Shown here: positions 37,250 through 49,654 of the stretch, piece after piece
Numbering within the stretch: the first letter of the stretch is position 1
Layout: every line of letters starts with the position of its first letter
Assembly: GCF_963921235.1 (NCBI RefSeq)
Contig: NC_086107.1
Coordinates: 46,500,001-46,564,000 of the forward strand
Source of the DNA: Mobula hypostoma
Taxonomy: Eukaryota
DNA length: 64,000 nucleotides
Reading direction: 5' to 3'
Translations under genes and position numbers: made by a program
Notes under the pieces: model-generated
Seen by the model: only the letters and a program-made list of their open reading frames with translations
Told to the model about the DNA's origin: nothing
Databases searched by the model: none

Positions 37250-38460
37250 ATTAATGATTTAGATGAGGAGGTAGGTGGCACGAGTAGTAAGTTTGTGGGC
37301 GACACCAAAATTAGTGTGGTAGACAGTCATGAAGCTTGTCTAAGATTACCTCAGGAACTTAACCAACTAATAAAATGAGTAAAGGAAAGGTAGGTGGAAT
37401 TTAACTGGATAGAGTTTACACACATCTCTCAAGTGCCCTTGCTTGTCTTTCAATTAGTTTTATGTTTATTTATTTGTTTGTTTCTTTAAATCTTACATCC
37501 GTCCCGCAACGTGAGGGAGTAAAAATCTCTGCATTGTTTGGAATTACAAAACATAACAGTGGTAGAATCAAGTACATTAGGGTAATTTGAGAAACTCTTC
37601 GGTAAGCACATGGATGACTGGAAAATGGAGAGCTATGTAGGAGGGAAGGGTTAGATTGATCTTAGAATAGTTTACAAGATTGGTACAACATTGTAGGATG
37701 AAGGGCCTGTATTGTGCTGTGGTGTTCTAGAGTATGTTTCATGTTTTATGTTTGAAGTCTGAGGTAATGCATTTTGGAAAGGTAAATCAGTGCAGTACAT
37801 GAACAGTGAATGACAGGGACCTGGGGATTGTTATGGAATAGAGAGGCCTAGAGGTACGAGTACATATAGTAGTTCCCTGAAAATGTCGACACAGGTACTG
37901 TATACTATATGACAAAGAAGGCATTGGGCGTGCCTTACTTCAGCACATGGGGTATTGAGTACGAGAGTTCTGATGACCTGTTGCAGCTTTACCAAATATT
38001 AGTGAGACTGGTCCTGGAACTTATGTGCCGTCTGGTTGCCATAGTCTAGCAGGTATATGATAAGCAAGAAACAGCACCAAAAGAATTTGCAAAGATATTG
38101 CTAGGCCTGGAGGCAATTCATTAGGAGAAGCTGTAGAAGCCGGAACTGTTTTCCCTGGAGTGAAGGAGTCTGAATTGTGACCTTATAGCTCAAAGGGCAT
38201 GGATAAACTCATTGCCCTGGTTAGGGGAATCTAAAACTACAGAGCATAGGTTTAAGTTCAGAGGAGGAAAAATTAATAGGGAACTGAGGTGCACGTTTTT
38301 CACACAGAGGGTTGTGGGTATATGAGTCAAGCTGCTCGAGGGTACAATTACAATGTTTAAAAGACATTTGGACAGGCTCATGGATAGGAAAGGCTTAGAG
38401 GGATGTGGACCAAATGCAGACAAATAGAACTAACTCAGGAGGACATCTTGGTCATCACGT
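37250..38460 (+). mobile_element. Degenerate CR1 3' fragments
   Basis: Similarity to other CR1 copies in the window; heavily decayed. Confidence 0.6.
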
Positions 38461-38574
38461 GCAAGAGGCTTTTTCCCTCTGATGTATATCTCTATGGCCC
38501 TTTGACTCCACTGTTCTGAAAGGACAGTCCAACCAACCTATCCATAGAATAATAATACCCTGAAGGAATCCAAT

Positions 38575-40135
38575 CGCAAACAAGAGGAAATCTGCAAATG
38601 CTGGAAATCCGAGCAACACACGCAAAATGCTGGAGGAACACAGTAGGCCAGGCAGCATCTATGGAAAAAAGTACATTCGACATTTCAGGCCGAGAGCCTT
38701 CGGCAGGACTGGAGAAGACAAGCTGAGGAGTGGAGAGGGGAGGGGAGAGAGATACACAAGGTGATAGGTGAAACCTGAAGGGGGAGGGGTGAAGTAAAGA
38801 GCTGGGAAGTTGATTGGTGAAAGAGATACAGGGCTGAAGAAGGGGGAGTCGGATAGAACAGAACAGAAGGACATGGAAGAAAGAAGAGGAAGGAGGAGCA
38901 CCATAGGGAGACAATGGGCGGGAGAGGAGATAAGGTGAGAGAGGGAAAAGGGGATGGGGAAAGGTGAAGGGGGAGCATTACTGGAAGTTTGAGAAATCAA
39001 AGTTCCTGCCATCAGGTTAGAGGTTACCCAAACGGAGTATAGGGTGTTGTTCCTTCAACCTAAATGTGGCGTCATCACAACAGTGGAGGCAGCCATGGAT
39101 GGACATATCAGAATGGAAATGGGTAGTTGTATTAAAATGGTTGGCCACAAGCTGGCTCCAGAGATAGAGACAGAGAGATCAAGAAAGAGGAGCGAGGTAT
39201 CAGAAATGGACCAGGTAAATTTCAGGGCAGGGTGGAAATTGGAAACAAAAGGGATGAAGTCAACAAGTTCAGCATGGGTGCAGGAAACAGCACCAATGCA
39301 GTCATCAGTGTAGCGTAGGAAAAGTCTCTCCCCACTGATCTCCCTCCTGGCACTTATCTTTGCAAGCAGAACAAGTGCTACACCTGCACCTACACCTCTT
39401 CCCTCACTACCATTCAGGGGCCCAAACAGTCCTTCCAGGGGAGGTGAGACTTCACCTGTGAGTCTGTTGGGTCATATACTGTGTTTGGTGCACCTGGTGT
39501 GGCCTCATGTATATCAGTGAGATCCGATGTACATTGGGAGTCCGCTTCACCGAGCACTTACACTCCAGCCACTAGAAAAAGCAGCATCTCTCAGTGGCCA
39601 CCCATTTTAATTCCACTTCCCATCCCCATTCTGATATGTCCATCCATGGCTTTCCTTACTGTCGTGATGAAGCCAACCTTAGGTTGGAGGAACAACAGCT
39701 TATATGCTGTTTGGGTAGCCTCTAACCTGATGGCATGAACATTGATTTCTCGAACTTCCAGTAATGTCCCCCCTTCACCTTTCCCCATTCCCTTTCCCCT
39801 CTCTCACCTTATCTACTCCCCTGCCCATTGCCTCCCTCTGGTGCTAAACCCCCCTCTTCTTTCTTCCATGGACTTCTATCCTCTTCTGTCGGACTCCCCC
39901 TTCTCTAACCCTGTATCTCTTTCACCAATCAACTTCCCAGCTCTTTACTTCATCCCTCCCCCTTCAGGTTTCACCTGTCACCTTGTGTGTATCTCTCCCC
40001 TCCCCGACATTTTAAATCCACACCTCAGCTTTTTTTCTCCAGTCCTGCCAAAGGGTCTCAGCCTAAAACGTCGACTGTACTTTTTTCCATAGAAGCTGCC
40101 TGGCCTGCTGAGTTCCTCCAGCATTTTGTGTGTAT
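38575..40135. mobile_element. Head-to-head pair of Penelope-like fragments (minus about 38575-39320, plus about 39325-40135)
   Basis: Inverted terminal-repeat arms; GIY-YIG remnant at 39350-39750; degenerate hammerhead motifs at about 38674-38711 (-) and 40040-40077 (+). Confidence 0.8.
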
Positions 40136-40687
40136 GCCCTGAAGGTAGTTCCATGTATTTTATACAATGTAAAAGTTTTTCACGTTGACAAGTTCTAACA
40201 CCTATAGTAACATTAGGAAAGTGGCATATTTTTATTGTGATTCCTCCTACTGCTCAGCCAAGGTCCCTTTTCGATATCTGCTGATGCAGAACAGCAGAAT
40301 ACAGCAGAAAGAAAATCAGAGGGTGATTGGATTTCATTCACACTGGTCACAAGCCTCCATTCTGAAACACAGCCATCCACAACATCCCTCCTGATGTAGG
40401 GCTTAGACCCAAGATGTTGACAATTCCTTTTCTACCACAGATACTGCTCGATCCTCTGAGTTCTTACTGCACATTGTTTGCTAGTCTCCACTGGTAACCT
40501 CTGACTCCTTCCACCAAACTAATTTTGTAACTAGTTAGCTGCCTTGTCCTGAAACTTCGTAATTTCACTATCCAGACAAATCTACCATGTTTGAACAACA
40601 AATGAATTAAGCATTCATCATGTATTCTTCCATCCATTTGTGATATTAAAGCTAATCAATGACTTACTACTTTAACTTATTTTAAAG

Positions 40688-41026
40688 GTGGTTTGGAATT
40701 GGAGATATTTTCCTCTCCACTGGAAGTTTCAGTAAATGAAGATGTTCTTCTAAAATGCATATACAGTAAACCAGAACATGATCTCAGCGATGTAGCTGTT
40801 CAATGGTCTTATAAATCTCAAACATCTCAGAAGGAACTGTATATATTTAATGGAGGGAATCATCAACCCAACAGAAGCGGTGCACAGATTTTTGAAGATG
40901 CATTACAGAATGGAAATGCTTCACTTTACCTCCCGAAAGTACAACTTAATGAAGAAGGAAATTATACCTGCACTGTTTACCTAACCCCAAATAAAGGTGA
41001 AAAGACTTCAGAGATGCTTGTTTCAG
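40688..41026 (+). CDS. NCR3LG1: IgV exon of B7-H6/NCR3LG1-like protein
   Basis: AG|...|GTAAG, phase 1-1, 339 bp open. V-set motifs LKC, VQW and GNASLYLPKVQLNEEGNYTCTV; the F-G strand segment VYLTPNKG resembles B7-H6 VVVTPLKA (from recall of the human protein). Confidence 0.75.
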
Positions 41027-41561
41027 GTAAGAAAAAGATCTTTCATTTTGCTCATTAGTCATGTTTATTTGCTGATGACTTTGCAACGTAAACAACCAGA
41101 TGCTATGATATCTGCTACCAGAAGTGTCTGTGAATAGGGAATGAGAGTTGCAATTACTGATATCAGTCAGATTCATTCTGCACAGGCATCCCAAGGAAAG
41201 GAATTGCTGTCTGTCTTGCTCTTTTCTTCTTTCTCATCTTCCTCTTGTCCTTGCCTTGATCTTTTTGTTCTTCTCCCTCAACTGATTGTTACGTTGCATT
41301 TGATAAAGTTTGGCTCTAAAAAGTAACAATCTTATGTAGTGTGCAATACACCATTACTAATTTTGACACCCAATCATATCTTGTAGAACAGTTCAAGTGA
41401 TGGAGGTGTTAGTCCAGTCGGCCACTGCCCCACTCCATCATGCTTCACATGAAGCATATACGTTATATTTTTATAGTGATTGCATGTGCTTGGATTGTGC
41501 GTCAGAGCTATCTGGCCTTGGAGCAAACCTTTTACCTACTGTGGCAACTAAAATAAAGATA

Positions 41562-43096
41562 CAGGTGTCCCCCGCTTTTCGAACGTTCGCTTTGCGAAAC
41601 CTCACTGTTACGAAAGACCTACATTAGTTCCCTGTTTTTGCTAACAGAAGGTGTTTTCACTGTTACGAAGAAAGGCAGCGCGCACCCCAAGCAGCGAGCA
41701 AAAAAAAATCAGCACGCGATAAAAGGCAGCGCGCACCCTGAGCAGCCGCTCTCCCTGGGATTCTTGCCAGCATTGCTTAAGCCTAAAAGAACTTGTAAGG
41801 GTGTTACACTTAGCGTAAAACTAGACATAATTAAGTATTTCGATCATGGTGAATGAAATAAGGACGAAGTGAGTTAGGCTTGTGGATGTTGACAAAGATG
41901 ATGTTGAATCAGTTTTGGCATCCCATGACCAAGAACTGATAGATGAAGAGCTGATGCAATTGCAAGAGGAAAGGATAACAATCAAAACTGAATTCAGTAG
42001 CAAACGGACCGAAGGTGAAGTCATCCAGGAACTGAATGTGAGGCAACTACCTGAGATTTTTGCTGCAATGATAAAGTACAATTTTAATTTTGAAAGGGTA
42101 CGTCGGCTTAGGGCATATTTGCAAGATGGTTTGAATCCTTACAAAGAACTGTATGATCTAAAAATGCACGAGGCTAAGCAGTCAAGCAAGCCTTCCACAT
42201 CAGCCACAGCAGACGACGAACCTCGACCTTTGACACTGAGGCGGGCAGTCATAGAGGAAGATGACCTGCCTGCCTTAATGGAAACAGATGACGATGAGAT
42301 GATACCTCAGTGTCCCACCACCCCAACACCCCGGGCCCCAGACAGATACCGATTCACAGAGAATGCAGCGGTAGCCGGGAGGCACCCAACACATCTTTAA
42401 GAAAAAAGCCGAAATAAACATGCTAATTAATTATGTGCCGGGCGGCACATAATTAATTAGCATGTTTATTTCGGCTTTTTTCTTAAAGATGTGCTGGATG
42501 CCTCCTGGCTACCGCTGTACCCCTGCATTCTTTGCGGATCGGTATCGGGTTGCTGCCTGGAGGGTGGGGGCCACTGCACCACCCAAACCTGCGACAACTC
42601 AGCCTAACACACCATCATCAGTGTGCTCGGTGCTGTCTTCCAAATTTCGGTAAGTGTTACTACACTGTACATACATTATTTCTACTTTATATCAACTGCG
42701 TATTTTTACGTGTTATTTGGTATGATTTGGCAGCTTCATAGCCTAAAGGTTACTGGAGAGAGTGTTTTGCCAAGAGCGCTTGCGTGAGATTTTCTGCCGA
42801 TGGCGCTTACGTGAGATTTTCGCTATGGAGAACAGTGCAGGCAATCGTTGTAGAGAAGTATTTGTAATTTATATAGGCTGTGTATTTATCATATCATTCC
42901 TGCTTTTACTATATGTTACTGTTATTTTAGGTTTTATGTGTTATTTGGCATGATTTGGTAGGTTATTTTTGGGTCTGTGAACGCTCACAAATTTTTCCCA
43001 TATAAATAAATGGTAATTGCTTCTTCGCTTTACGACATTCCGGCTTACGAAAAGTTTCATAGGAACGCTCTACCTTTGGATGGCGGGTGAAACCTG
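41562..43096 (+). mobile_element. Internally deleted Tigger/pogo-like transposon
   Basis: TIRs CAGGTGTCCCCCGC and GCGGGTGAAACCTG, left TA TSD; HTH start KGVTLSVKLDIIK and C-terminal VESVLASHDQELIDEELMQL; DDE core absent. Confidence 0.82.
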
Positions 43097-43254
43097 CAGC
43101 TTTCTGCACTGACATAAAAAGAAGGCTTCATATCTGGTGCCTATACTGGAGGTCATGGGCCAGTTAAATCTGTTCAAATGTGAGCTTTGGCTAATGAGTG
43201 GAATTCCAATTTTGTAAACTTAGAATTGAATCACTTTTGCACACTGACATGCAA

Positions 43255-43785
43255 TGATTGAGGAAGTTTGGTATGGGCCCCCAAATCCAAAGAACGTTCT
43301 ACAGGGGCACAATTGAGAGCATCCTGACTGGCTGCATCACTGCCTGGTATGGGAACTGTACCTCTCTTACTCACAGGATTCTGCAGAGAGTGGTGTGGAC
43401 AGCCCAGCACATCTGTAGTTGTGAACTTGCCATAATTCAGGACATTTACAAAGACAGGTGTGAAAAAAGGGCCCAAAGGATCATTGGGGACCCGAGTCAC
43501 CCCAACCACAATCTATTCCAGCTGCTATTATCCAGGAAATTGTACCAGAGCATAAAAGCCAGGACCAACAGGCTCCGAGACAGCTTCTTCCACCAGGTCA
43601 TGAGACTGATTAACTCACACTGATTTCAGTGTATTTCTATGTTACAGTGACTATTCTATTTATTATAAATTATTATAAATTACAGTGATTGCACATAACA
43701 CATTTAGACGGAGACGTAACGTAAAGATTTTTACTCATGTATGTAAAGGATGTAAGAAATAAAGTCAATTCAATTCAATGCCATT
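43255..43785 (+). mobile_element. L2-clade LINE 3' end
   Basis: FYRGTIESILTGCITAWYGNC and ARTNRLRDSFFHQ motifs; (CAATT)n tail. Confidence 0.8.
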
Positions 43786-43799
43786 CAACAATGTCAGAC

Positions 43800-44026
43800 G
43801 CAAACAACAGGAATTCTGCAGATGCTGGAAATTCAAGCAACACACATCAAAGTTGCTGGTGAACGCAGCAGGCCAAGCAGCATCTATAGGAAGAGGCGCA
43901 GTCGACGTTTCAGGCCGAGACCCTTCGTCAGGACTAGGTGGGGCCTCGGCCTGAAACGTCGACTGCGCCTCTTCCTATAGATGCTGCTTGGCCTGCTGCG
44001 TTCACCAGCAACTTTGATGTGTGTTG
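43800..44026. mobile_element. 227-bp fold-back Penelope terminal-repeat insertion with perfect 82-bp inverted repeat and 14-bp TSD
   Basis: TSD CAACAATGTCAGAC at 43786-43799 and 44027-44040; arms 43838-43919 and 43945-44026 are exact reverse complements. Confidence 0.93.
43899..43936 (-). ncRNA. Minimal type I hammerhead ribozyme motif (intact)
   Basis: Reverse complement TAGTC-CTGACGA-AGGGTCTCGGCCT-GAAAC-GTC-GACTG, identical to the copy at 1885-1922. Confidence 0.75.
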
Positions 44027-44717
44027 CAACAATGTCAGACCCTCTCTTTTCTGCATACTTAAGGTAGATCTATGTGTGTAAACTCCAGCATTTTCAGTAA
44101 AACATCAGAAAGCTTTCCCATAGTGAATGATTTCAATTCAGAATTCCTTGGGAAATTACAGTGCGTTAGAGCGTCTACATAAATACATGGTCATTCTTTT
44201 TAATTAATGCCTTTCTCTATGAGAATTGCATTGTGGTATTTGGGGATTGGCTCCTCCCATCTTCGGACTGCTAAGAACTGCCTGTCCGTACCAGCAACAC
44301 CACTTATAGGATATGTTACTCAGGGACGTGAGCTCTCTCTCTACATATTTTTCTGTGACTGTATGTTTACTTCTATCTATATGTGCTGTATGAGCCTTGT
44401 GCTGTGTATGACTGTTGGTATTGTGTTTTGAGCCTTGATCCCAGAGGAATACTGTTTCATTTTGCTGTTTTCGTGGGTAGTCATGTATGGTTGCATGATA
44501 ATTAAATGACGTAGACACTCCACTGCATTTTTAACTGTTAAAGTAAAAAAAAGTAAGAAATATGTAAATATGTAAATAAACAAAAAGAACAACAGTTTAA
44601 AGCTTGAATGCATAGAATGTAGTTTTCCGGTTGCTCATTGTTGATGTCAGTAATCTCTAACTAGAGTATTTGATAATATATATTAATCATGAACTTATTC
44701 TGTTCTCTCTTCCACAG

Positions 44718-45014
44718 TCAAACCAAAAGTCAATGTATTTATGCAAAAAGAGGAGAACTTTGCAATATGTGAAGTAAAGGAATTTTATCCAAAGGAAATT
44801 ACAGTCAGATGGTTAAAAGTACTAAATGAAAAAGTGAAAGATATTTCAAAAGATCAGTCTATTGATGATATCGTTATGGACCAAAGTGGGACATTTAGTC
44901 TTACCACTAAAGTAAGAGTAGAACTGATGGTGAGTAGTTCTGCCAAGTACATCTGTACAGTGAAGCACAAAGAGTTCCATGGAAATTTTACACTGGCAAG
45001 CAACATGGCTAAAG
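44718..45014 (+). CDS. NCR3LG1: IgC1 exon of NCR3LG1-like protein
   Basis: TCTTCCACAG| acceptor and G|GTAAG donor, phase 1-1; C1-set motifs CEVKEFYPKEITVRW, GTFSLTTKV and YICTVKH. Confidence 0.8.
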
Positions 45015-45511
45015 GTAAGATCCAATTGGAAAAGTATACAGAATTTATTTCTAATATATTGCTCTGCAATATTCAAGCTTCCCTGATAATCCTCACACAT
45101 GCACATTGACCGTGGAGCAAATATTATTATCAGCTCAACCAGCAATCACACGGTTTATACAGAAGATGTGAAAATGGCTTATTTGAGATTGATTCTAATT
45201 TGCCTCTAATTTAACTATCCAAAGAGAAAGAAAAAAATTTTAGTTAGCTGCTTCAGCCAATAAAAACATAGTACAGAAACAATTAGAATCAGCCCAAATA
45301 CACATGTGACATTCATTGATAAAGGTGTCAATCTTCAGCTATTTCACATCTTGAAAATAAATATAATGCATATGATTTGTACCGCTAATTCATGCAGGGG
45401 ATAATTCAAACTGATAAGTCAAATAAGTTAGTAATACATTCTTATGAATATTGTAAATTACATAGTTTATTAATTTTTCAACTTTTCAAAAACTTGTGCT
45501 TGTTTTAACAG

Positions 45512-45613
45512 AAGAAGAAGAAATTAAACTGATTACTGGAGTCGTCTTTGTCATTTTCATACTACTTTGTGCACTGGGTTTTGGAATTTGTATCTGGAAG
45601 AAAATATCTAAAG
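45512..45613 (+). CDS. NCR3LG1: Transmembrane exon (EEEEIKLITGVVFVIFILLCALGFGICIWKKISK)
   Basis: TTTTAACAG| acceptor and G|GTAAC donor, phase 1-1; hydrophobic span followed by a KK stop-transfer signal. Confidence 0.85.
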
Positions 45614-46554
45614 GTAACACTTTTCTCGGTTTATAAAGGTCGACTAGAGTATGAAAAATAAAATGCTTAATTATCTGTGGATAATGTATTAAAATCTATT
45701 TGTTATCTAAAGCTTAACAAAGTTTAAATTATAATAATTTCTTAAAATTTAATCAGAATTAGAAAACTTTTTTCTCACAGGTTAAAATTTTCATCACAAT
45801 TTTCAATTCAGTTTTGAATGAACTATTAACAGGTTACTGATGCCATCTTAGTGATTTAAATGAAAGACACTAGTATTCTGATAATTAAACACTAATTAAA
45901 TTAGGTAAACCTATCTGAAATATTGGAATGTATTCATTAATTGTGGACACATCATTTTGTATTTTAAATTCAGATACAATAATCAATAATTACTTATACT
46001 TTGTTACTTCATAAGCAGTGTCTTGGGGTCAAGGATGACTTACTGCCCTCTGATTTTGTGCTTTCTGAGTTTTGAAGCGCGCCATAATCTTTTGCACTCC
46101 AAATAATAAAGATTGAACTGCTTTAACCATTTGTAAATAAGAAACACTTTCATTCCAGATATTCTCATGGTCAATCTCTTCTGGGCTACCTCCAATGCTA
46201 GGAAGTCTTTCTTCAGTTTTCCAGGTGTAGCCTCACCAATACTTTGTATTCTGTAATAATAGTCTGTGTTTCTAAACTTCTTGGTAATAAAGACCGATAT
46301 GCCGCTTGCCTTTCTCACTTCTTGTTGCACCTGCCTGCTAACTTCATGCTGTTTGTGTACAGGAACACCAGGATCCCGCTATACTCCCCCCAGTTGTAAA
46401 CCCTCTCCATTTAAATCAGAGCCTTCCTTTTGATTCCTCTTGTCAAAGTGCACGATTTCACAAGTGCCCACTTTAAACACCATTTCCCTTGTTTTCACTC
46501 ATTTACTTAACTTATCTGTCTCCTACTGCTGAGTCCAAACATTCGCAACAGAGA

Positions 46555-47230
46555 TACAAGAGATTCTGGAGATGCTGAAAATCCAGAGTAACACACACAA
46601 AATGCTGAAGGAACTCAGCAGGCCACACAGCATCCATGCAGAAGAATAAACAGCTGATATTTAGAACAAGAATGATTTATCAGGACTGGAAAGAGAGGGG
46701 AAAGAAGCTAGAATATGTGGGGAAGAGAAGGAATTGAAGCTAGCAGGTGACAAATAAAAGATGCCAGGTGAGAGGGGATATTTAGTGGATCGGAGAGAGG
46801 GGATGAAGTGTGAATCTGGGTGACGATATGTGGAAAAGATAAAGAAGGAAAGAAGGATAATGGATCACGGGAGGAGGGGGAGGGGCACCAGAGGGAGGTG
46901 AGGAGAAGAAAAGGGATAGTGAAGAGTCAGATTGGGGAATGGAAACAAAGAGAAGGAGACGAGGAGAAATTAATGGAAGTTAGGGAATTCATTGTACATG
47001 TCGACAGGTTGGAGGCTCCTCCGATGGATATGAGGTGTTGCTCCTCCAACCTTAGACTGGCCTCATTGAGGCAGTAGAGGAGGCCATTAATCAACATGGT
47101 GAAATGGGAATAGGGAGAACTAAAATGGTGGCCACCAGGAAAACCAGTCTGTTGTGGCTGTCAAAACAAAGGTGCTAATGAAGCAGTCCTCCGATCTACA
47201 TCAGCTCACATTGATATAGAGGAGGCCACA
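46555..47230 (-). mobile_element. Old Penelope-like 3' fragment
   Basis: Decayed similarity to 1821-2500. Confidence 0.65.
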
Positions 47231-48401
47231 CTGTGTTTCTAATCACAACATAACTACCTTCATATCAAAGACAAAGTTGAATAACTCAGTGTTCCCTTCA
47301 TTAAATTATCAGATAGTAGATATAAATAAAACCCCACTCTTTCACATTTCTCTGTTAAGCTTTGGATGAACATTTATTTTGTCTGGTTCTATCTTTTTTT
47401 TTAAAAAACAAGACACAGTACATTCAGCTAATATTGTGTAAATTTAATACAAATTAAATAAAGTCAACATAATGTTGGAAAGTAATCAATAATGGTGATG
47501 AAAACATTTAATATTTTACTATGCAAATACAATTTTCAGTACTTCCTTCCTGTTTACTACACTTGGTGGTGAAAACCTTCCCACTAAACAGTTATTAAAT
47601 ATTATTTTACATCTAATAAAATACCATTTATAATCTAATTGCAAGCCTTTAGTCTGTTTTATGTATGAAATGCACATAAATAGTTTTTGGATGTCTTTTA
47701 AGTTGTTTACACCTATTTCAAGGGGATATCTCACCACTCAGCAAATGGGATCAAACGGTTCAATATGCAAATGACCTCAGCTCAATCATCATCTTCTGTG
47801 TGTGAGACTACACAATATTCACCCCTTCAATATGCTATTTTATACATCCAGGATATTTCAAACTGGACACCAGACAGTTATCCATTGGGAGAAGCTGCTG
47901 CAGCTTCTAAACTAACCAATCACAATGGAATCAACTTTCGACAATCAGAATAAGGCCCAGCCCCACAGGACCCTCCATCCTTCGAAAGTTCCAAATGTGA
48001 TGATCCAACTCTCAGACTAGTATGACTGTCATGGACTCCTAAGTTATATATAAACCACAAGAGCACAATACTCAGTACTGTAAACCCAGTAGTCACTTCC
48101 AGTGTGCTGTAGTAGTCCATCAGCCCCCCTGTGCCCCAAAAGTCCACCAGCCCCACCCTGGAGTGTAATAGCCAATAAGCTGGACCCCACTTAGTTTTAT
48201 ACACAGACTCCGAGGTATGATCTAACAGGTGAGTGATGTTCACCAACCCATCACGAAAGTAGGTGCTGCATTCCTAACCAATAACAGGACAAGTGCCACC
48301 TTCCCTTGTGAACAGGTAATCCAAGGCCATCGAAATCAGTCAACACACATCAAAATTGCTGGTGAATGCAGCAGGCCAGGCAGCATCTCTAGGAAGAGGT
48401 A

Positions 48402-48439
48402 CAGTCGACGTTTCAGGCCGAGACCCTTCGTCAGGACTA
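48402..48439 (-). ncRNA. Minimal type I hammerhead ribozyme motif (intact)
   Basis: Reverse complement TAGTC-CTGACGA-AGGGTCTCGGCCT-GAAAC-GTC-GACTG. Confidence 0.75.
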
Positions 48440-49616
48440 ACTGAAGGAAGAGCTAGTAAGAGATTTGAAAGTGGGAGGGGGAGGGGGAGATCCAAAATGA
48501 TAGGAGAAGACAAGAGGGGGAGGGATGGAGCCAAGAGCTGGACAGGTGATTGGCAAAAGGGATATGAGAGGATCATGGAACAGGAGGCCCAGGGAGAAGG
48601 AAAGGGGGAGGGGGGGGAAAGCCCAGAGGATGGGCGAGTGGTATAGTCAGAGGGACAGAGGGAGAAAAAGGAGAGAGAGAGAGAAAGAATGTGTGTATGT
48701 AAATAAATAACGGATGGGGTGAACCGTTTGATCCCATTTGCTGAGTGGTGAGATATTCCCCTTGAAATAGGTGTAAACAACTTAAAAGATATCCAAAAAC
48801 TATTTATGTGCATTTCATACATAAAACAGACTAAAGACTTGCAATTAGATTATAAATGGTATTTTATTAGATCTAAAATAATATTTGATAACTGTTTAGT
48901 GGGAAGGTTTTCACCACCCAAGTGTAGTAAACAGGAAGCAAGTATTGAAAATTGTATTTGCATAGTAAAATGTTAAATGTTTTCATCACCATTATAGATT
49001 ACTTTCCAACATTATGTTAACTTTATTTAATTTGTATTAAATTTACACAATATTAGCTGAATGTATTGTGTCTTGTTTTAAAAAAAAAATCGAACCAGAC
49101 AAAATAACGGATACACCTATGCTCTGACCACCAGAGAAAGCAGGATCTCCCAGTGGCCACACATTTTAATTTCACATCCCATTCCCATTCTGACATGTCT
49201 ATCCACAGCCTCCTCTACTGTAAAGATGAAGCTACACTCAGGTTGGAGGAACAACACCTTATATTCCGTCTGGGTAGCCTCCAACCTTATGGCATGAACA
49301 TTGACTTCTCTAACTTCCGCTAATGCCCCACCTCCCCGTCGTACCCCATCTGTTATTTATTTATATACACACATTCTTTCTCTCTCTCTCCTTTTTCTCC
49401 CTCTGTCCCTCTGACTATACCCCTTGCCCATCCTCTGGGTTCCCCCCCCCCTTTTCCTTCTCCCTGGGCCTCCTGTCCCATGATCCTCTCATATTCCTTT
49501 TGCCAATCACCTGTCCAGCTCTTGGCTCCATCCCTCCCCCTCCTGTCTTCTTCTATCATTTTGGATCTCCCCCTCCCCCTTCCACTTTCAAATCTCTTAC
49601 TAGCTCTTCCTTCAGT

Positions 49617-49654
49617 TAGTCCTGACGAAGGGTCTTGACCCGAAACGTCAACTG
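49617..49654 (+). ncRNA. Hammerhead motif with core intact but a stem I mismatch (GTC-AACTG)
   Basis: TAGTC-CTGACGA-AGGGTCTTGACCC-GAAAC-GTC-AACTG. Confidence 0.5.

Noticed and set aside
41882-42400. 172-aa acidic ORF as a host exon or TIGD gene
   Set aside because: It is a C-terminal remnant of a Tigger transposase inside TIRs, with the catalytic domain deleted.
47200-47810. AT-rich local repeat as the LTR of the env-bearing ERV
   Set aside because: It abuts a PPT-like tract, but the other copies share further flanking sequence and the same old Penelope junction, with no TG...CA/TSD pattern; segmental duplication fits better.
48095-48230. Candidate cytoplasmic exon ending at the strong donor CAG|GTGAGT (about 48230)
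   Set aside because: Both plausible acceptors give in-frame stops in phase 1, and the region is antisense env.
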